Notes: generated from the letters alone by a model not told the origin. Shown: positions 1-13,886, counted from the stretch's first letter. The stretch is 64,000 nucleotides of DNA from Octopus vulgaris (GCA_951406725.2 OX597833.1:61256001-61320000), one strand, 5' to 3'. Program-made: numbers and translations.

Positions 1-868
1 ATAATTTTAGCAATTAAAAAAAAAAAAAAGAAAAATTGATAATATATCTTTGTAAAAGATTAATTTCTATAAAGGTTTATTATGTAATTTTAGAAATAAT
101 CATGTTTATTGCTAGTGAAACAGTTGTTGAGCACAAATTATGAACTACTAATTGTTACCTGTCGCTACATTGCCGGGTAACCTGGTCAAGATGAAATATA
201 TCCTTCAGCAGAAGCCTACTACAACGATCACATTGATATGCTCAACAACAACCTGCTTTTTTTGGTTCTTGAAACAAATTTTAATTCTTTCACACACACT
301 CTCTTAACAACTTGTCATTATAGTAAAAGCTTTTTTTAAAGTTTGATGTGTTGCCTATATATTGAAAGCCATACAAACAACAACAAAAATACGTACTACA
401 CATGTACATATAGTTATATTTTGAAGTCTGTTGCATTGTGTTGACAGGCTTGCACTTAAAATTACCCCATTTTTTAATCAAAGCTTGTTAGTTACTATGG
501 TTACAACACTATCTTACACATTCTCTCTTTCGCTATTTCCCTCTCAATTTTTTTGCCTCCCTTTTGTAAATATGTTGTGACATGGGTTATCTCCCCCTCT
601 AGATAGATCTTTTAACAAACAGATGACCAACTTCTCTTTTATAATTATAAGATTAGTGAAATTTATACTTTTCATTCTTCATATGTTGCTCTAAAAGATC
701 ACTTTAACCAATTCTGTATATACACACAAGTTGGATCCACCTGGATTGACTAGAATGTTACATGTTGGAGTTTAATGACCTATTATTGAGCTCTTTGTAT
801 ATATTTTTGGTGTTTATGCATCAATTTTCTCTATGTAGATATTATTTTTGTTTTGTTTTGTTTTGCAG

Positions 869-1009
869 GTACCACTGGCAGTGATTGTGGATTCTCGTAA
901 TTATGGTAAATATGGAAACATGGCAGTATGGCTATCACTAATTCTTGGACAGCCTATAGCTATTCTAGCCTATATGCACGACTATTACATTTTGTCCAAG
1001 ACTGAATGA
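869..1009 (+). CDS. DGAT1: Diacylglycerol O-acyltransferase 1, last coding exon (upstream exons lie outside the window)
   Basis: Pyrimidine tract plus cag acceptor at 866-868. Frame [46 protein letters not shown] matches the DGAT1 C-terminal signature GNxxVWLSLIxGQP...YxHDYY. Confidence 0.93.
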   Translation, partial: VPLAVIVDSRNYGKYGNMAVWLSLILGQPIAILAYMHDYYILSKTE

Positions 1010-3585
1010 TCCTAATACCAATTACTTCTACAAATTCCTACAATTAGTAAAAGACATCTCTTGAACCATTTTACAAATTTAAAAAAAAAAATCATTCAAA
1101 TAATTCTTCAGATCAATTGCTGGATATTTTAGAATTTGTGTTTAATTCTTTATTTCAGAATTTAAAACTAGCCAAACATTTTTTCGTTTTCCTTAACAGT
1201 ACAGCATTTATTTTCTAAATAGTTCTGTGGTGGTCTGACCTTTGAGTAAAAATCCTCCGCAGAACAAACATTACTCTCACCTTTTTACCTTCCAATCCAA
1301 CTTGATGCATCGTTGCGCTATTTGTAGAGACCCTGAACAAATTTATGCCCACCACATTTTAGCATCATTAAGAAATAGACTTCCTCACATATGCATAGAA
1401 ATATTTTTTTCTTTTAACATTTACCTCTTACATTAGGAATTTTGGATGTGTGGGGGGTTTCACAATTGCTTTTAATACAGGGACCCTTTAATGCTGCTGA
1501 CTATTAAATTGTCCTCTGTCAATCCAAAGATCAAAAATATATTTATTGATTCAAAACTGATGCTTCTAGATTTGTCACTCAGTTTTTTTCCTTTCTGAGA
1601 AATTCTTAGTTACAACAGAATCCTCAACTTTGAATGAATAAACTTTGTGTAATAAGTTCTCTTCCTATCGTTTCTGCATTCAGACATACTTGTGTGTGTA
1701 TGTATATGCATATACATATAATATCTGTATATGCATGTGTGTGTATGTATATATAATGAATGTGTATTAGAAACAGGTTTATAAAGTTAACCTGTGACTG
1801 AAATTGTATATTTTTTCTAATATATTCCTCTTGTTAATGTTAATGAAAATATTACCAAATTTCTTTCAATAAGAACTGCAATATCTTTGAAGCTTTTGCC
1901 AGAAGTAAAGATTCTAAGTGTGTGAGCGTAAGATGTATGTCTTTCTGATAAAATTCTTCCCAGTTTTTTAAATCTATCCATTGTCAGCAAGAGTACATTC
2001 TTCATATTCACCCTAAATGAAAAATACTGGGTTTAAAACGATTTTATCATTTGGTTTGGGTTCCAATGCATTGTTTTTAAAAAAAAAAATTGATTATTTT
2101 TTTAAATCCATTGAAAATAAAGTCCAATATATATAAACGTTTTATAAAAAAAAATAAAAATATAAAAAAGATATGCTGCCTTTGTCAGTAGTTCCATTAT
2201 TTCACCAGAATTCTGTGCCAAGTTAAATGGCAATCCTGAATTCAGTTTTTGACCAAATAAAATTTTCTGATTAGCACTTTACCATTTTTCTCCTAGTATC
2301 AAGGAATAATTTGTACCAGAATATGCCAAAAACCTAAATAGTGAAATTTATTCAGTACTGGGTAGACTGATCAAGAAATTGGTAGTTCTTTTCGTCACCA
2401 CCTTGTCTTGTACCCAGCTCTCTTCATATAGATGTAAGCAGGTAACACAAAGCAGTGTTTATTCAATAGTGTATTTATGTTCCTTTGAAATATTACATTT
2501 AACTGCTGTTATCCCAAAAGGATGTAAATGGGGCCTCCTTTCAATGTATTTTCCCATGAAGTTGTGATTAAGGCAACACTGAAATGACTCAGGCAGTTTG
2601 GGAAGTGACAGTTGATCGACACCACAGATTGTGGCTACAGCGCACAGCTGGCTCTATTAGCAACACACTGAACCCCCATGACTCATTTGCCCTTGTTTAT
2701 TAATAGGGACCACAGAGTATATTCACCCCTATTTGAAGCAGTCTATATTTGATGGCTGCTTTATTAGCTTGCAGTGTTTGAGTCTGATCTCTTCAGTGTA
2801 GGACACTGGAGAAAGGGACAGATTCTGTCAAATTACATGGAAACAATTTTCAAGGGTTTATAAAAGGGGACAGATCCTGCTGAACAGACTATATGAAGAC
2901 AGTCATCAACAGTTTTAGAATTTACAGTGACAATGATCCTCAAGTTACCTACTGCACATCAACACACTTGGCTATGGTTCAGAACTCAATCCTTAGGGGT
3001 TTTGCTATTTACACATTAACTTTTAATGATTGTGCACAAACCAGTTTTTGGCTTTAAAAAACTGTTGAAAAGCCGTCACCAATGTTTGCCTCTTGTAAAC
3101 CTCATCAAATCAACAGAATTGTTTCTAGTTGCTGTTTTCAAATTTTATTCAAAATATTCATATTAAAATTGTTTTTTTTTAAAATTAAATTTTAATGTTG
3201 TTTTTTTTTAAATTTCAAACAGTGTTATGTTATTGCCAAGTTTTCTGTTGTGGAAAATAAAATTATTTACCTCCTTTACAGGTATCAGCTCTTTGATGTG
3301 TCTAAATTGCTGCATGTGATAGTTACCTCCATGTGATCTGCATGTAATGAATATGTATTAAAACCTTTGTGTAGCATGTCCCCTCTTCCATGCTTGCATG
3401 GATTGAGTGGAATTTGTTGAGGCACATATTCTATGGCTAGATGTCCTTCCTGTTGCCAACTCACACCTGTTTCCAAGTAAGGTAATATTTTCCCATGATC
3501 AAACTCGTTTCCCACAAAAGATTTGAAATGATGGCTATTGCTTGCTTGACAGTGACAATCATTTACAACTATCACAAGAAATTAA

Positions 3586-3800
3586 GGCGGTGAGCTAGCA
3601 GAAATATTAGCACGCCAGGTGAAAAGCTTAGCAGTATTTCGTCTGCCATTACGTTCTGAGTTCAAATTCCGCCGAGGTCGACTTTACCTTTCATCCTTCC
3701 AAGGTCGATAAATTAAGTACCAGTTACACACTGGACTTAATCCTTTTGTCTGTCCTTGTTTGTCCCCTCTATGTTTAGCCCCTTGTGGGCAATAAAGAAA
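3586..3800 (+). mobile_element. SINE family A monomer (tRNA-derived head; central GCCTTTCATCCTTTCGGGGTCGATAAATTAAGTACC domain)
   Basis: A-box-like GAGCTAGCAGAA, B box GAGTTCAAATTCC, tail taaagaaa. More than 10 related loci in the window. Confidence 0.85.
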
Positions 3801-4217
3801 TTAGAAATCAAGACAAGAGTAAAACACACATACACGACAGGTTTCTTTCAGTTTCTGTCCACCACAACCAGACATTTGCCCAAGATACCACAGTGGGATT
3901 GAACCCCAAACCTATGTGGTTGAGAAGTAAATTTCTTACCACAGCCACACCTGTAACTATATAGTAAATATGTATTATTACTTCCATGTGTAATAAACTT
4001 CATGTGATATGATTATTTCCCGATCTAAATCACTCCATGTTCGATTATCAATTCAAAGCTATCCCACTTTACAGCAATAACCAGAGAAATTTCTTTGAAA
4101 TTTTAAAAACACTCAAATTTCTGTAGCAAATGAAAGTTGGGGCTAGAAATAAAATATCTAAAATATTCATTTCAGTTGTAAACATATTAGACCTGCACTA
4201 AATTGAAAAAAAAAATA

Positions 4218-4428
4218 TGTTTCTTTACTACCCACAAGGGGCTAAACAGAGGGGACAAACGGATTAAGTCGGTTACATCGACCCCAGTGCGTAACTGGTA
4301 CTTAATTTATCGACCCCGAAAGGATGAAAGGCAAAGTCGACCTCGGAGAAATTTGAACTCAGAACGTAGCAGTAGACGAAATATGGCTACGCATTTTGCC
4401 CGGCATACTAACGGTTCTGCCAGCTTGC
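4218..4428 (-). mobile_element. SINE family A monomer
   Basis: Reverse-complement match to 3586-3800. Confidence 0.8.
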
Positions 4429-4647
4429 TAGTAATATTGAAGGCTCTGAATTAACCTTGATTCTCTCATTGCTAATAGCGTTGATGGTGGTGGTGATTAA
4501 TTCGATTCGTGGTAGTTCTGTGTAGAACCTTCTATTCCACATGATTCAGCCACTGGAGTAAGCAAATGTAGACTGTTATCTGAAATTGCCTGACGTCCAA
4601 GACTTGATTTACTTCTGTTTCACTTCATAAATCAGAGCGAAACAACA

Positions 4648-4871
4648 GCAGTTGTTAGTTGTCAGAGCACCGCATCCTTCAAAACTTCCATGGTTTCTGA
4701 GATTCGTCAACACTACACCTGATTTTCTCCCCTCCATACACACACAAGCATGTGTCTGACTCATACACTGTTCGCTTTCCAGACATTTGTACATTACTGC
4801 ATATGCTTTATACGCACTTTCTGACAAGTTGTGGTGCACCTGAGCACTGTACACAATAATTTCATTATTAT
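4648..4871 (+). mobile_element. CR1/L2-type LINE 3' end fragment
   Basis: Shares the 3' end GGTGCACCTGAGCACTGTACACAAT plus (ATT)n with the LINE at 7992-8698. Confidence 0.75.
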
Positions 4872-4882
4872 TTTATATATTA

Positions 4883-5396
4883 CTAGCAGTATCGCCCGGC
4901 GTTGCTCGGGTTTGTAAGGGAAATAACTATATAAGCACTTTTAGAGAGTTACTTCCCTTATAGATGCTAATTCGGGCTTTCTTAGCCATTTCTGTTTTGG
5001 TGTCTTCAAGCCATGAAGTTGTTGTTCTAAAAGAACGCTGGTCTCCTTGACAACGCTTTACGACGTTGATTTCCTTACACTCCCTTCCCCACAGCTTCAC
5101 GAGGGAGGGAAGAAGGGGGAGAAGCAAACAGGTGCAGGTGTGACCATGGACGCCAACTCCGCCGCCATCGACACTCGAAAAATTATGCATTAAAATGGAA
5201 TAAAAAAATGATGTTAAATTATTTTTAAAATCGTAGACTCATCGTAGACGCACGCTAATACTCAGACGGGCTCGATATGAATCACGACTATAAGATACCC
5301 GAATTTGGTTAAACTGCACCGCAAAATGTGGGAGGAGTTAGGAATCTAAATCGAAGGGGACAGACACTCACACAACTACAGTTTTATATATATAGA
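4883..5396 (-). mobile_element. Non-autonomous Helitron
   Basis: On the minus strand: A|TC 5' end, subterminal hairpin CCCGAGCAACGCCGGG, CTAG|T 3' end, no TSD. Inserted into the LINE (ATT)n tail. Confidence 0.85.
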
Positions 5397-6159
5397 TTAT
5401 TATAACAGCTCCCCATGTGATCTCTCAAGTCACTCATAATTATGCAACAGGTGCATGTGTGGCTGTATGGTAAAAAGTTTGCTGCTTCCTAACCACATGG
5501 TTTTGGGTTCAGTCCCACTGCATGGCACCCTAAGCAAAGCTTTTTTTGTGGTTTTGGTAGATGGAAACTGAAAGAAGCCCACCATATGTGTATGTAGTTT
5601 TGCTTTGAATTCAAGTGATAGATGAATATGAATGTCACCATTGTTCAAGGGGTGACCTTTGTTACCAATCTTCCATCAAAACATGTCTGGTCATGGAGGA
5701 ATATTACCTTATATAGAAACAAGTGCGGGTTGGCAACGAGAAGGGCATCCAGCTGTAGAAAATTTACCTCAGCAAACTCCATCTGAGCATGGGAAAGTGG
5801 ACATTAAACAATGATGATGTTGATGAATCGACCTCAGAACATCAAATGCTTCCTTTAAAGTCAATTTAGATCAGAACATCAAACAGATTTAACAGTAAAC
5901 TCCATTTGTTAAACATGGCAACTAAAGAGGCCTAATCCTGATTTCCCTTTTGTGAACAAGTCAATAGTATAAACCACTTAGAAAGTAAAGTCAAAACAGC
6001 TCTGACGCCTGCAGTTGCTGAGCTGTAAACCGAGATTGAGTGCTGTTTACAAAGTGGTTGTCATTTGAATTTCTATTGGTGGGTGTCCAGTAACAAACTA
6101 AACTGTTGCTAAGCTACAAAACAATGTGACGACATGTATATCTCTCTCCCCATATATGT

Positions 6160-6650
6160 ATCTATCTATCTATATATAAAACACACACACACACACAAAT
6201 ATATATATATACATACATACACACACATAAATATATATATATATACATACACACACACACACACACACAAATATATATATACATACACACACACACAAAT
6301 ATATATTTATATACATACACACACACATATATATTTATATACATACACACACACAAATATATATATACATACACACACACATAAATATATATACATACAC
6401 ACACACACAAATATATATATACACACACAAATATATATATACACACACACACACACACATAAATATATACATACACACATAATATATATATATATATTTC
6501 TTTACTACCCATAAGGGGCTAAACACAGAGAGGACAAACAAGGACAGACAAAGATTATTATATATATATATACACACAAATATTCACATACAAAAAGACA
6601 CATACATAAATACACACACAATATATATTATATACATACATATATATACA
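6160..6650. repeat. (CA)n/(TA)n compound microsatellite
   Basis: Direct inspection. Confidence 0.9.
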
Positions 6651-7011
6651 ACCATATCAGTAGGAAACTATACTTTCCAAACAGATTAGAACAAAATTAG
6701 AATGAAAAAAAAAAAAGAAAAGGAAAAGGAAAAATAGTAATTCAAGTGCGTGCAGCTTGTGTATGAGAGATAACGGTGTTTGCTTAGCATGGGTCGAGTA
6801 TCCCACGGCTATAACTCCATGTTTAATAGATGAACTATTTCAAGTGTTAACAATTTTGGTATTTAATTGAGGAAGGACAGCTTGTCACAATGTCATTGAA
6901 AACTCCTTCTGGTGTTACCTTTCATCCTTTAGGGATTGATATAAAATAGGCACTGGGGTTAATGCAATCGACTAGCACTCCCTTTGCCAAATTTCGGGCC
7001 TTGTGAATAGA

Positions 7012-7575
7012 CTCTCTTTACTTGTTTCAGTCATTTGACTGTGGCCGAGCAAATTGACTCCAGGACTTATTCTTTGTAAGCCTAGTACTGAGGAATTACA
7101 ACCGTGTTTCGTGGTCTGCTACCACAACAGCTCCTTTACAGGATCCAGTTAGATCAAGACATCATCAGGAGGAACCACGTCCGGTTTCAGCCCCTACTCC
7201 TCTACCGTTTTGACGTGGCAGGGCCCATCCTTTTGGAGGTGTCTTCAGCTCTGGTGTTGAGTGCATGTCTTCTTTCTTCTGTTCCCTGGCCTCTTCAATG
7301 TATCTATCGGTCTCTTTTGCCGAACCGCTAAGTTACGGGGGATGTAAACACACCAGCATCAGTTGTCAAGCGATGTTGGGGGGGGGGGATAAACACAAAC
7401 ACACATATATATATATATGATGGGCTTCTTTCAGTTTCCGTCTACCAAATCCACTCGCAAGGCTTTGGTTGGCCCGAGGCTATAGTTGAAGACACTTGCC
7501 CAAAGTGCCACGCAGTGGGACTGAACCCGGAACTGTGTGGTTGGTAAGCAAGCTACATACCACACAGCCACTCCT
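7012..7575 (-). mobile_element. SINE family B interrupted by a ~213-bp foreign insert (7090-7302)
   Basis: Matches 26938-27336 on both sides of the insert. Confidence 0.8.
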
Positions 7576-7991
7576 GTGCCTGGCCATAATAATAATAATA
7601 AAAATGGTTCCAAATTTTGCCACAAGGGCAGCAGTTTTGGGGAAGAGGATAAGTCAATTACATCACCCCCCCCTCCAATGTTTCATTGCTACTTAATTTA
7701 TTGACTCTGAAAGGTGAAGCTGGCCTTAGCAGAATTTGAACTCAGAACATAAAGACGGACGAAATGCAGCTAAGTATTTTGCTTGGTGTACTAACGACCC
7801 TGCCAGGTTGCCACCTTAATAATAATCCTTTCTACTATGGGCATAAGGCCTGAAATTTGGGAGGCCGAGAGGTAGTTGATTACATCGCCCCCTCCACCCA
7901 GAGGGAAAGTTAAAATCCCACTGATAGAAGTGAGAGGTCAACTTCCCCTTTCACCACCCACCAAGGGACCAACATAAAAAGCACTAGGTAT

Positions 7992-8698
7992 AATAATAAT
8001 AATAAAAACATTGTGTACAGTGCTCAGGTGCACTACAACTCATCTAAAGTGTATGTATAATCAGGTGTAGTTTCGGCGGATTTCGGAAAGCATGAGGGCC
8101 TTAAAGGATGCAGTGTCATGGCAGTCAACAACTGACGCAGGCAGTTTGTTCCATGCTTCAACAACTCTGAGCATGAAAATATGTTTCCGAAAGTCATGGG
8201 AGCTGTGTTGTTTTCTGACTTTGTAGGCATGTCCACATGTGTTAGACACATGAAGATCAAAAAGGTGTTCAGTGTTGTTGTTGGTGAGGTGGTTGATAAC
8301 TTTGTGGGTGTTTACCAAGTCCATCGCCAGACGCCGGAGCTTCAGTGAATCCATGCCCAGGGAAACAAGGCGCTCAGAGTATGGTAGGTGTCTGATGGAG
8401 GGTATGCGTTTGGTTGGACGTCTCTGAACAAATTCCAGGAGGTCAATGTTCTGAGCAAGATAGGGGTTCCAAACTGATGATGCGAATTCCAAGTGTGGTC
8501 GTACCATAGCTGTATACAGTTTTAAATAGATGGCTGGAGAGCGGCTAACAAAAGTCTTGCTGAGTGATGCCAAGACACCCTTGGCCTTCTTGACAATTCT
8601 AGAGATATGCTTTGTCCAACGCAAATCACTGCTGACAGTGATGCCTAGGTCACGCTCGCAAGAGGATTTCTTGATATCAGTGTTGTGGAGGAAGTGCA
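7992..8698 (-). mobile_element. 5'-truncated CR1/L2-type LINE (C-terminal ORF2 region and 3' UTR)
   Basis: ERDLGI..., LYTAMVRPHLEFASSVWNPY, LEFVQRRPTK, RVVEAWNKLP; (ATT)n tail. Empty-site paralog at ~41158. Confidence 0.92.
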
Positions 8699-9302
8699 AT
8701 GCATCTATATACTTTGAAGCATTCAGCATACATCCTTTGTCCACCTATTTGTTTTATAAGCATTTTAGGAAGTTCCTATCCCCTCTGAATCAATGTACTT
8801 ACAGAGTGTTGAGCTGTTTAGATCAGTGGTTCTCAAGCATTTTTCACTTATGAACCCCTCTGATCCCTATTTTACTTGGGTGGACCCTTATAAGCAGTTG
8901 ATGCTTAAAAATTCCTATTATATCTTTATAATTAAATATTACTTTCAAATTTTGGTACCAGGCCAGCAATTTTGTGGGCGGGAATAAGTTGATTGCATTG
9001 ACCCCCAATGTTCAACTGGGACTTATTTTATTGACCCTGAAAGGATGAAAGGCAAAGTTGACTTTGAACTCAGAATGTAAGATCAGATGAAATGCTTCTA
9101 AGCATTTTTCCTGGCATGCTAACAATTCTGCCAGCTCGCTGCCTTAATAATAAGGGTTTCAAGTTTTGCCACAAGGGCAGCCATTTTGGAGGAGGGGATG
9201 AAATGATTACATTGACCCCCAACTGTTCAAATGGTACTTAATTTATTGACCTGAAAGATGAAAGGGTAAGTTGACCTTGGCAGAATTTGAACTCAGAATG
9301 TA

Positions 9303-9720
9303 GCGACAGCCGAAATACCTATTTCTTTACTACCCACAAGGGGCTAAACACTGAAAGGACAAAGAAGGACAGACAGATGGATTAAGTCGATTATAACGAC
9401 CCCAGTGTGTAACTGGTACTTATTTAATCGACCTTTTGTTTTTAATGGCAATTTTTTAATGACATTCTCTACAAATACCTACATCTTTACTACCAACAAG
9501 GGGCTAAACACAGAAAGGACAAACAAACGGATTAAGTCGATTATATCGACCCCAGTGCGTAACTGGTACTTAATTTATCAACTCCAAAAGGATGAAAAGC
9601 AAAGTCAACCTCAGCGGAATTTGAACTCAGAACATAATGGCAGACGAAATATTATTTCTTTACTGCACACAAGGGGCTACACACAGAGGGGACAAACAAG
9701 GACAGACAAACGGATTTTGT
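9303..9720 (-). mobile_element. SINE family A, degenerate tandem array
   Basis: Repeated gaaatacc|tatttctttactac units. Confidence 0.7.
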
Positions 9721-10835
9721 CAAGAAGCAAGCATAGCCACGCCTGCACACACACACACACACACGTGTGCATGTGTGTGTGTAAATGTATATATATGTAA
9801 ACACCAGTATTGAGTTATTTCCCTTCATCTTGTTGGGCTGACTGAGCTGCGGTTGCAATTGCATAGAAGAAAATGTTGATATTGCCTTACAATACTCCTA
9901 GATTGAGTGGAGACTTTGGTAATGTTATAACGAAATGTACTGTGGAATGAATTGTTATGGAACCAGCAGATAATGGATCATCATCAGCAGCAAGAGAGTA
10001 TAACAGTGGTACCCCACAAATTGGGAAATATATCTGAGAAGTCTCCAGTATTGCTTGTGATCAATACAGGCACAACACTAACTCTCCAGACACTGATGGT
10101 CCAGAACTTTGTATAATTCATACTAATTTACAAGCAGGCACTTCAAATTCTCATGGCCACCAGACTGGTTTACTGGTCAACCCAGTTCCAGAATACCTTG
10201 CACAGTACAGTATTAGTAAACTTATATTATCATCATTTAACGTCCGTTGTCCATATATATTTATCTATCTATCTCTATATATATCTAGCCGTAGAAACAC
10301 TGCCAGATCTGACTGGACCTGATGAAGCCTTGCGGCTTCACAGACCCCAGTTGAACCGTCCAACCCATGCTAGCATGGAAAACGGACGCTAAATGATGAT
10401 GATGATGATATAACTATATATAAGGGGAGAGTTCACAAAAAAACACCCAAAAGACGAAGACAGCTGGCGTACAAAACAAACATTTGTACAGCACATACAT
10501 CTGATCACTGTAAACAACTCATTTGTACAGGTCATTCAGCAAAAACTGAACATTCATACATCTTTGATGGAGGAGTCCATCATATATATATATATATATA
10601 TATACGTTTTATTTATTATTTTGCACATTACTTAATCATTGCTATATGTTTTATCTTATATTTGAATTTCCTATATTTAATTTTTCTAAATGGTATAATT
10701 TAATTTTTCATTAATGAATTGATAAAAGGTGGGGTTTTTTCTAATTTATATGTATATATTATATTTTGTGAAATTTGATTTAGTATTTCTAAATTGAATT
10801 TTTCTATGTAAGTTTGGAATAATATTCCCTCATAT

Positions 10836-10874
<39 letters not shown>

Positions 10875-11110
10875 TGTATGTATGGATATAGGTGCATGCA
10901 GGCACACACATCTATATATGTATGCATATACATATATACACACATGTATATAAATGTTACAAAAAGAACAAACACTTACTGACGAAGTGACTTTACAGAG
11001 AGAGCAGAGTCAGCTTGATCTTCACTATATATATATACATACACACACACACATATATATATACACACACACACATATATATATACACACACACACACAT
11101 ATATATATAT

Positions 11111-11142
<32 letters not shown>

Positions 11143-11216
11143 GCACATCTCTGTATATACATATCGCGTGTGTCCATCTGTATATCAATGCATATATATA
11201 TATGCATATATGCACA

Positions 11217-11253
<37 letters not shown>

Positions 11254-11571
11254 GTGCATTGATATAATTAATACATATAATTAAAAGAGTGTGGTTGTTT
11301 GCCGGTCCTCAGTTATGTCCCTTGATGTGAAATCTCTAATGCAGCCACTTCAAAAACTACACATTTCATAAAAGAAACACTGAAAGTGATTACATAGAAG
11401 CAGGTGTGGCTGTGTGGGAAGAAGCTTGCTTCCCAACTATATGGTTCTGAGTTCAGTCCCACAGTGTGGCACCTTGAGCAAGTGACTTCTATTACAATTT
11501 CAGGCCGATTAAAACCTTAGGAATGGATTTGGTAGATGGAAACTGAAAGAAATCCAGTGTTTGTGTGTGTG

Positions 11572-11617
<46 letters not shown>

Positions 11618-11619
<2 letters not shown>

Positions 11620-11905
11620 GAGGTGCAATGGCCTAGTGGTCAGGGCAGCGGACTCGCGGTTTCGATTCCCAGACCAGGCGTTGTGAGTGTTTATTGAGCG
11701 AAAACACCTAAAGCTCCACGAGGCTCTGGCAGGGGGTGGTGTCAATCCCTGCTGTACTCTTTCGCCACAACTTTCTCTCACTCTTTCTTCTGTTGGCCTG
11801 CTTGCTTAGCCAGCGGGGTGGCGTCATTTGAAGGCTAAAACAATGCGAAGCGCATTGTGACCAGCGATGTGTAGCAACATCTGATGGCCTGGTCGGTCAC
11901 GGTGA
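11618..11905 (+). mobile_element. SINE family D (tRNA-Arg(TCG)-like head, resembling octopus OR-type SINEs)
   Basis: TGGCCTAGTGG A box, gactcgc anticodon loop, TTCGATTCCC B box. Body CTCTTTCGCCACAACTTTCTCTCACTC shared with other copies. Confidence 0.75.
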
Positions 11906-12230
11906 TATTTATATATGTTCTAGGTAAAAGCAATAAAGATCTAACTTATAGTGATACTAGTTGTTTATCCACAGGTTGGCCCCCATCCAGAAGACCTATG
12001 ACCAAGGGATTTTAATTGTATCATCGTAAACACTGTATATCATATATTTGTGTGTGTGTATATATAGATAGATAGATACATAGATTAGTAGAGTTTTAAA
12101 CCATTCCACAGTTTCTCTGCAGATATCTATATCTCAGATTTAGAAAGGCATTTCCAGGGTCTGAACCTAATGTAGTAAGTTATCTCTCCCTTTCTTCTGT
12201 TCCCCACCACACACACACACACACACCTTT

Positions 12231-12640
12231 AATAAATAATGAAAATATTGTGTATAGTGCTCAGGTGCACTACAACTCGTCAAAGGTGCATATACAGTAC
12301 AGAGAATTATGTATCAAAGCCAGGAAAGTGAACAGTGGTATGAGTCATGATATACATGTGTGCATGCGTATGGAGGGAAGGACATCAGTTGTAGTGTTGG
12401 CAAATTTCACGAAGCATGGAGGTTTTAAAGGATGCAACGTCTCGGCAGCTAACAACAGATGCAGGTAGTTTGTTCCATGCTTCAGCAACTCTGTGAAAAA
12501 ATGTTTCCAAAATCATGGGAGGGGGCTGTGCTGTTTTCTGACTTTGTAGGCATACCCACATGGAGCTCAAAAAGCCATGATGGTTAATAATTTTGTATGT
12601 GCTTACTAAGTCACTTGCTGGACATTGGAGCTTCAGAATA
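12231..12640 (-). mobile_element. CR1/L2-type LINE 3' fragment
   Basis: RVAEAWNKLPASVV and the shared 3' end. Confidence 0.8.
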
Positions 12641-12761
12641 ATTTAATATTCTAGAATGTTTGTGTATGCATGCACACACCTAATAATGTTCAGCAGATCT
12701 GAGGTTTTGAACGACAATAAAGAAATGATATTGTGTGAGATTCTAACATTTTTAAAGAATG

Positions 12762-13268
12762 TGCCAGTGGCACGTAAAAAGCACCAACCAATCGTGGCCA
12801 TTGCCAGCCTCCCATGGCACCTGTGCCAGTGGCATGTAAAAAGCACCCACTACACTCATGGAGTGGTTGGCGTTAGGAAGGGCATCCAGCTGTAGAAATT
12901 CTGCCAGATCAGACTGGTGCCTGGTGCAGCCTCCTGGCTTCCCAGACCCCGGTCAAACCATCCAACCCATGCTAGCATGGAAAACGGACATAATCGACTT
13001 AATCTGTGTGTCTGTCCTTGTTTGTCCCCTCTGTGTTTAGCCCCTTGTGGGTAGTAAAGAAACAGGTATTGTTGAAGGCGGCGAGCTGGCAGAAACGTTA
13101 GCATGCCAGGCGAAATGCTTAGCGGTATTTCGTCTGCCGCTACGTTCTGAGTTCAAATTCCGCCGAGGTCAACTTTGCCTTTCATCCTTTCGGGGTCGAT
13201 TTAATAAGTACCAGTTACGCACTGGGGTCGATCTAATCGACTTAATCCGTTTGTCCTCTCTGTGTTTA
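12762..13268 (+). mobile_element. SINE family C with SINE family A copies inserted near its tail
   Basis: GGAGTGGTTGGCGTTAGGAAGGGCATCC body, then family A sequence, then the (GAT)n tail resumes at ~13269. Confidence 0.7.
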
Positions 13269-13886
13269 TGATGATGATATTTGTAACGGAATTAACCGAC
13301 AAGGTAATGACTAACCATAATTAGTTCCCATAAATACGAAAACAAATCGTGCCCGTGTTTGTGTTTGTCATTTATCTTGATAAAACAAAACTAGTTTCAT
13401 ACATTTATCTAGAACCTTTTATCTTCAGTTGTTACTATCCAGAAAATGGCTTATATTATCAATTAGGTACAGAAATCCTAAATATCTGAATGTCCAAGAT
13501 GACTTGCTATTAATGAGATGACCTCGCGTGTCAGTGATTCTACTCTTAGTTTTGAAACAAAGGAACCCAGTTCAAATCCAGTCTGGTACTAATATGAGTT
13601 CAGAAATAAGACTTCTGATGAGGAAAGCTGATCAAATAGATTAAAATACAATGGCTGTGTGGTAAGAAGTTTGCTTCCCAACTACATGGTTTTGGGTTCA
13701 GTTCCACTGTATGGCACTTTCAGCATGTGTCTTCTACTGTGGATTTGGGCCAACCAAAGCTTGTTGTATATGTGTGTGCATTACTATTTCCTTGCCTTGA
13801 CATTGCGTCACAGTTACCATGATGCAAGCAATGTCATATTTTCCAATCTTCCATGAAAACATGTCTGGTCATGGAGAAATATTACC

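Noticed and set aside
1637-1642. DGAT1 polyadenylation signal
   Set aside because: Several AATAAA hexamers occur in the AT-rich downstream region; the functional one cannot be chosen from sequence alone.
11618-11675. tRNA-Arg gene
   Set aside because: Lacks a full cloverleaf and continues into a SINE body.
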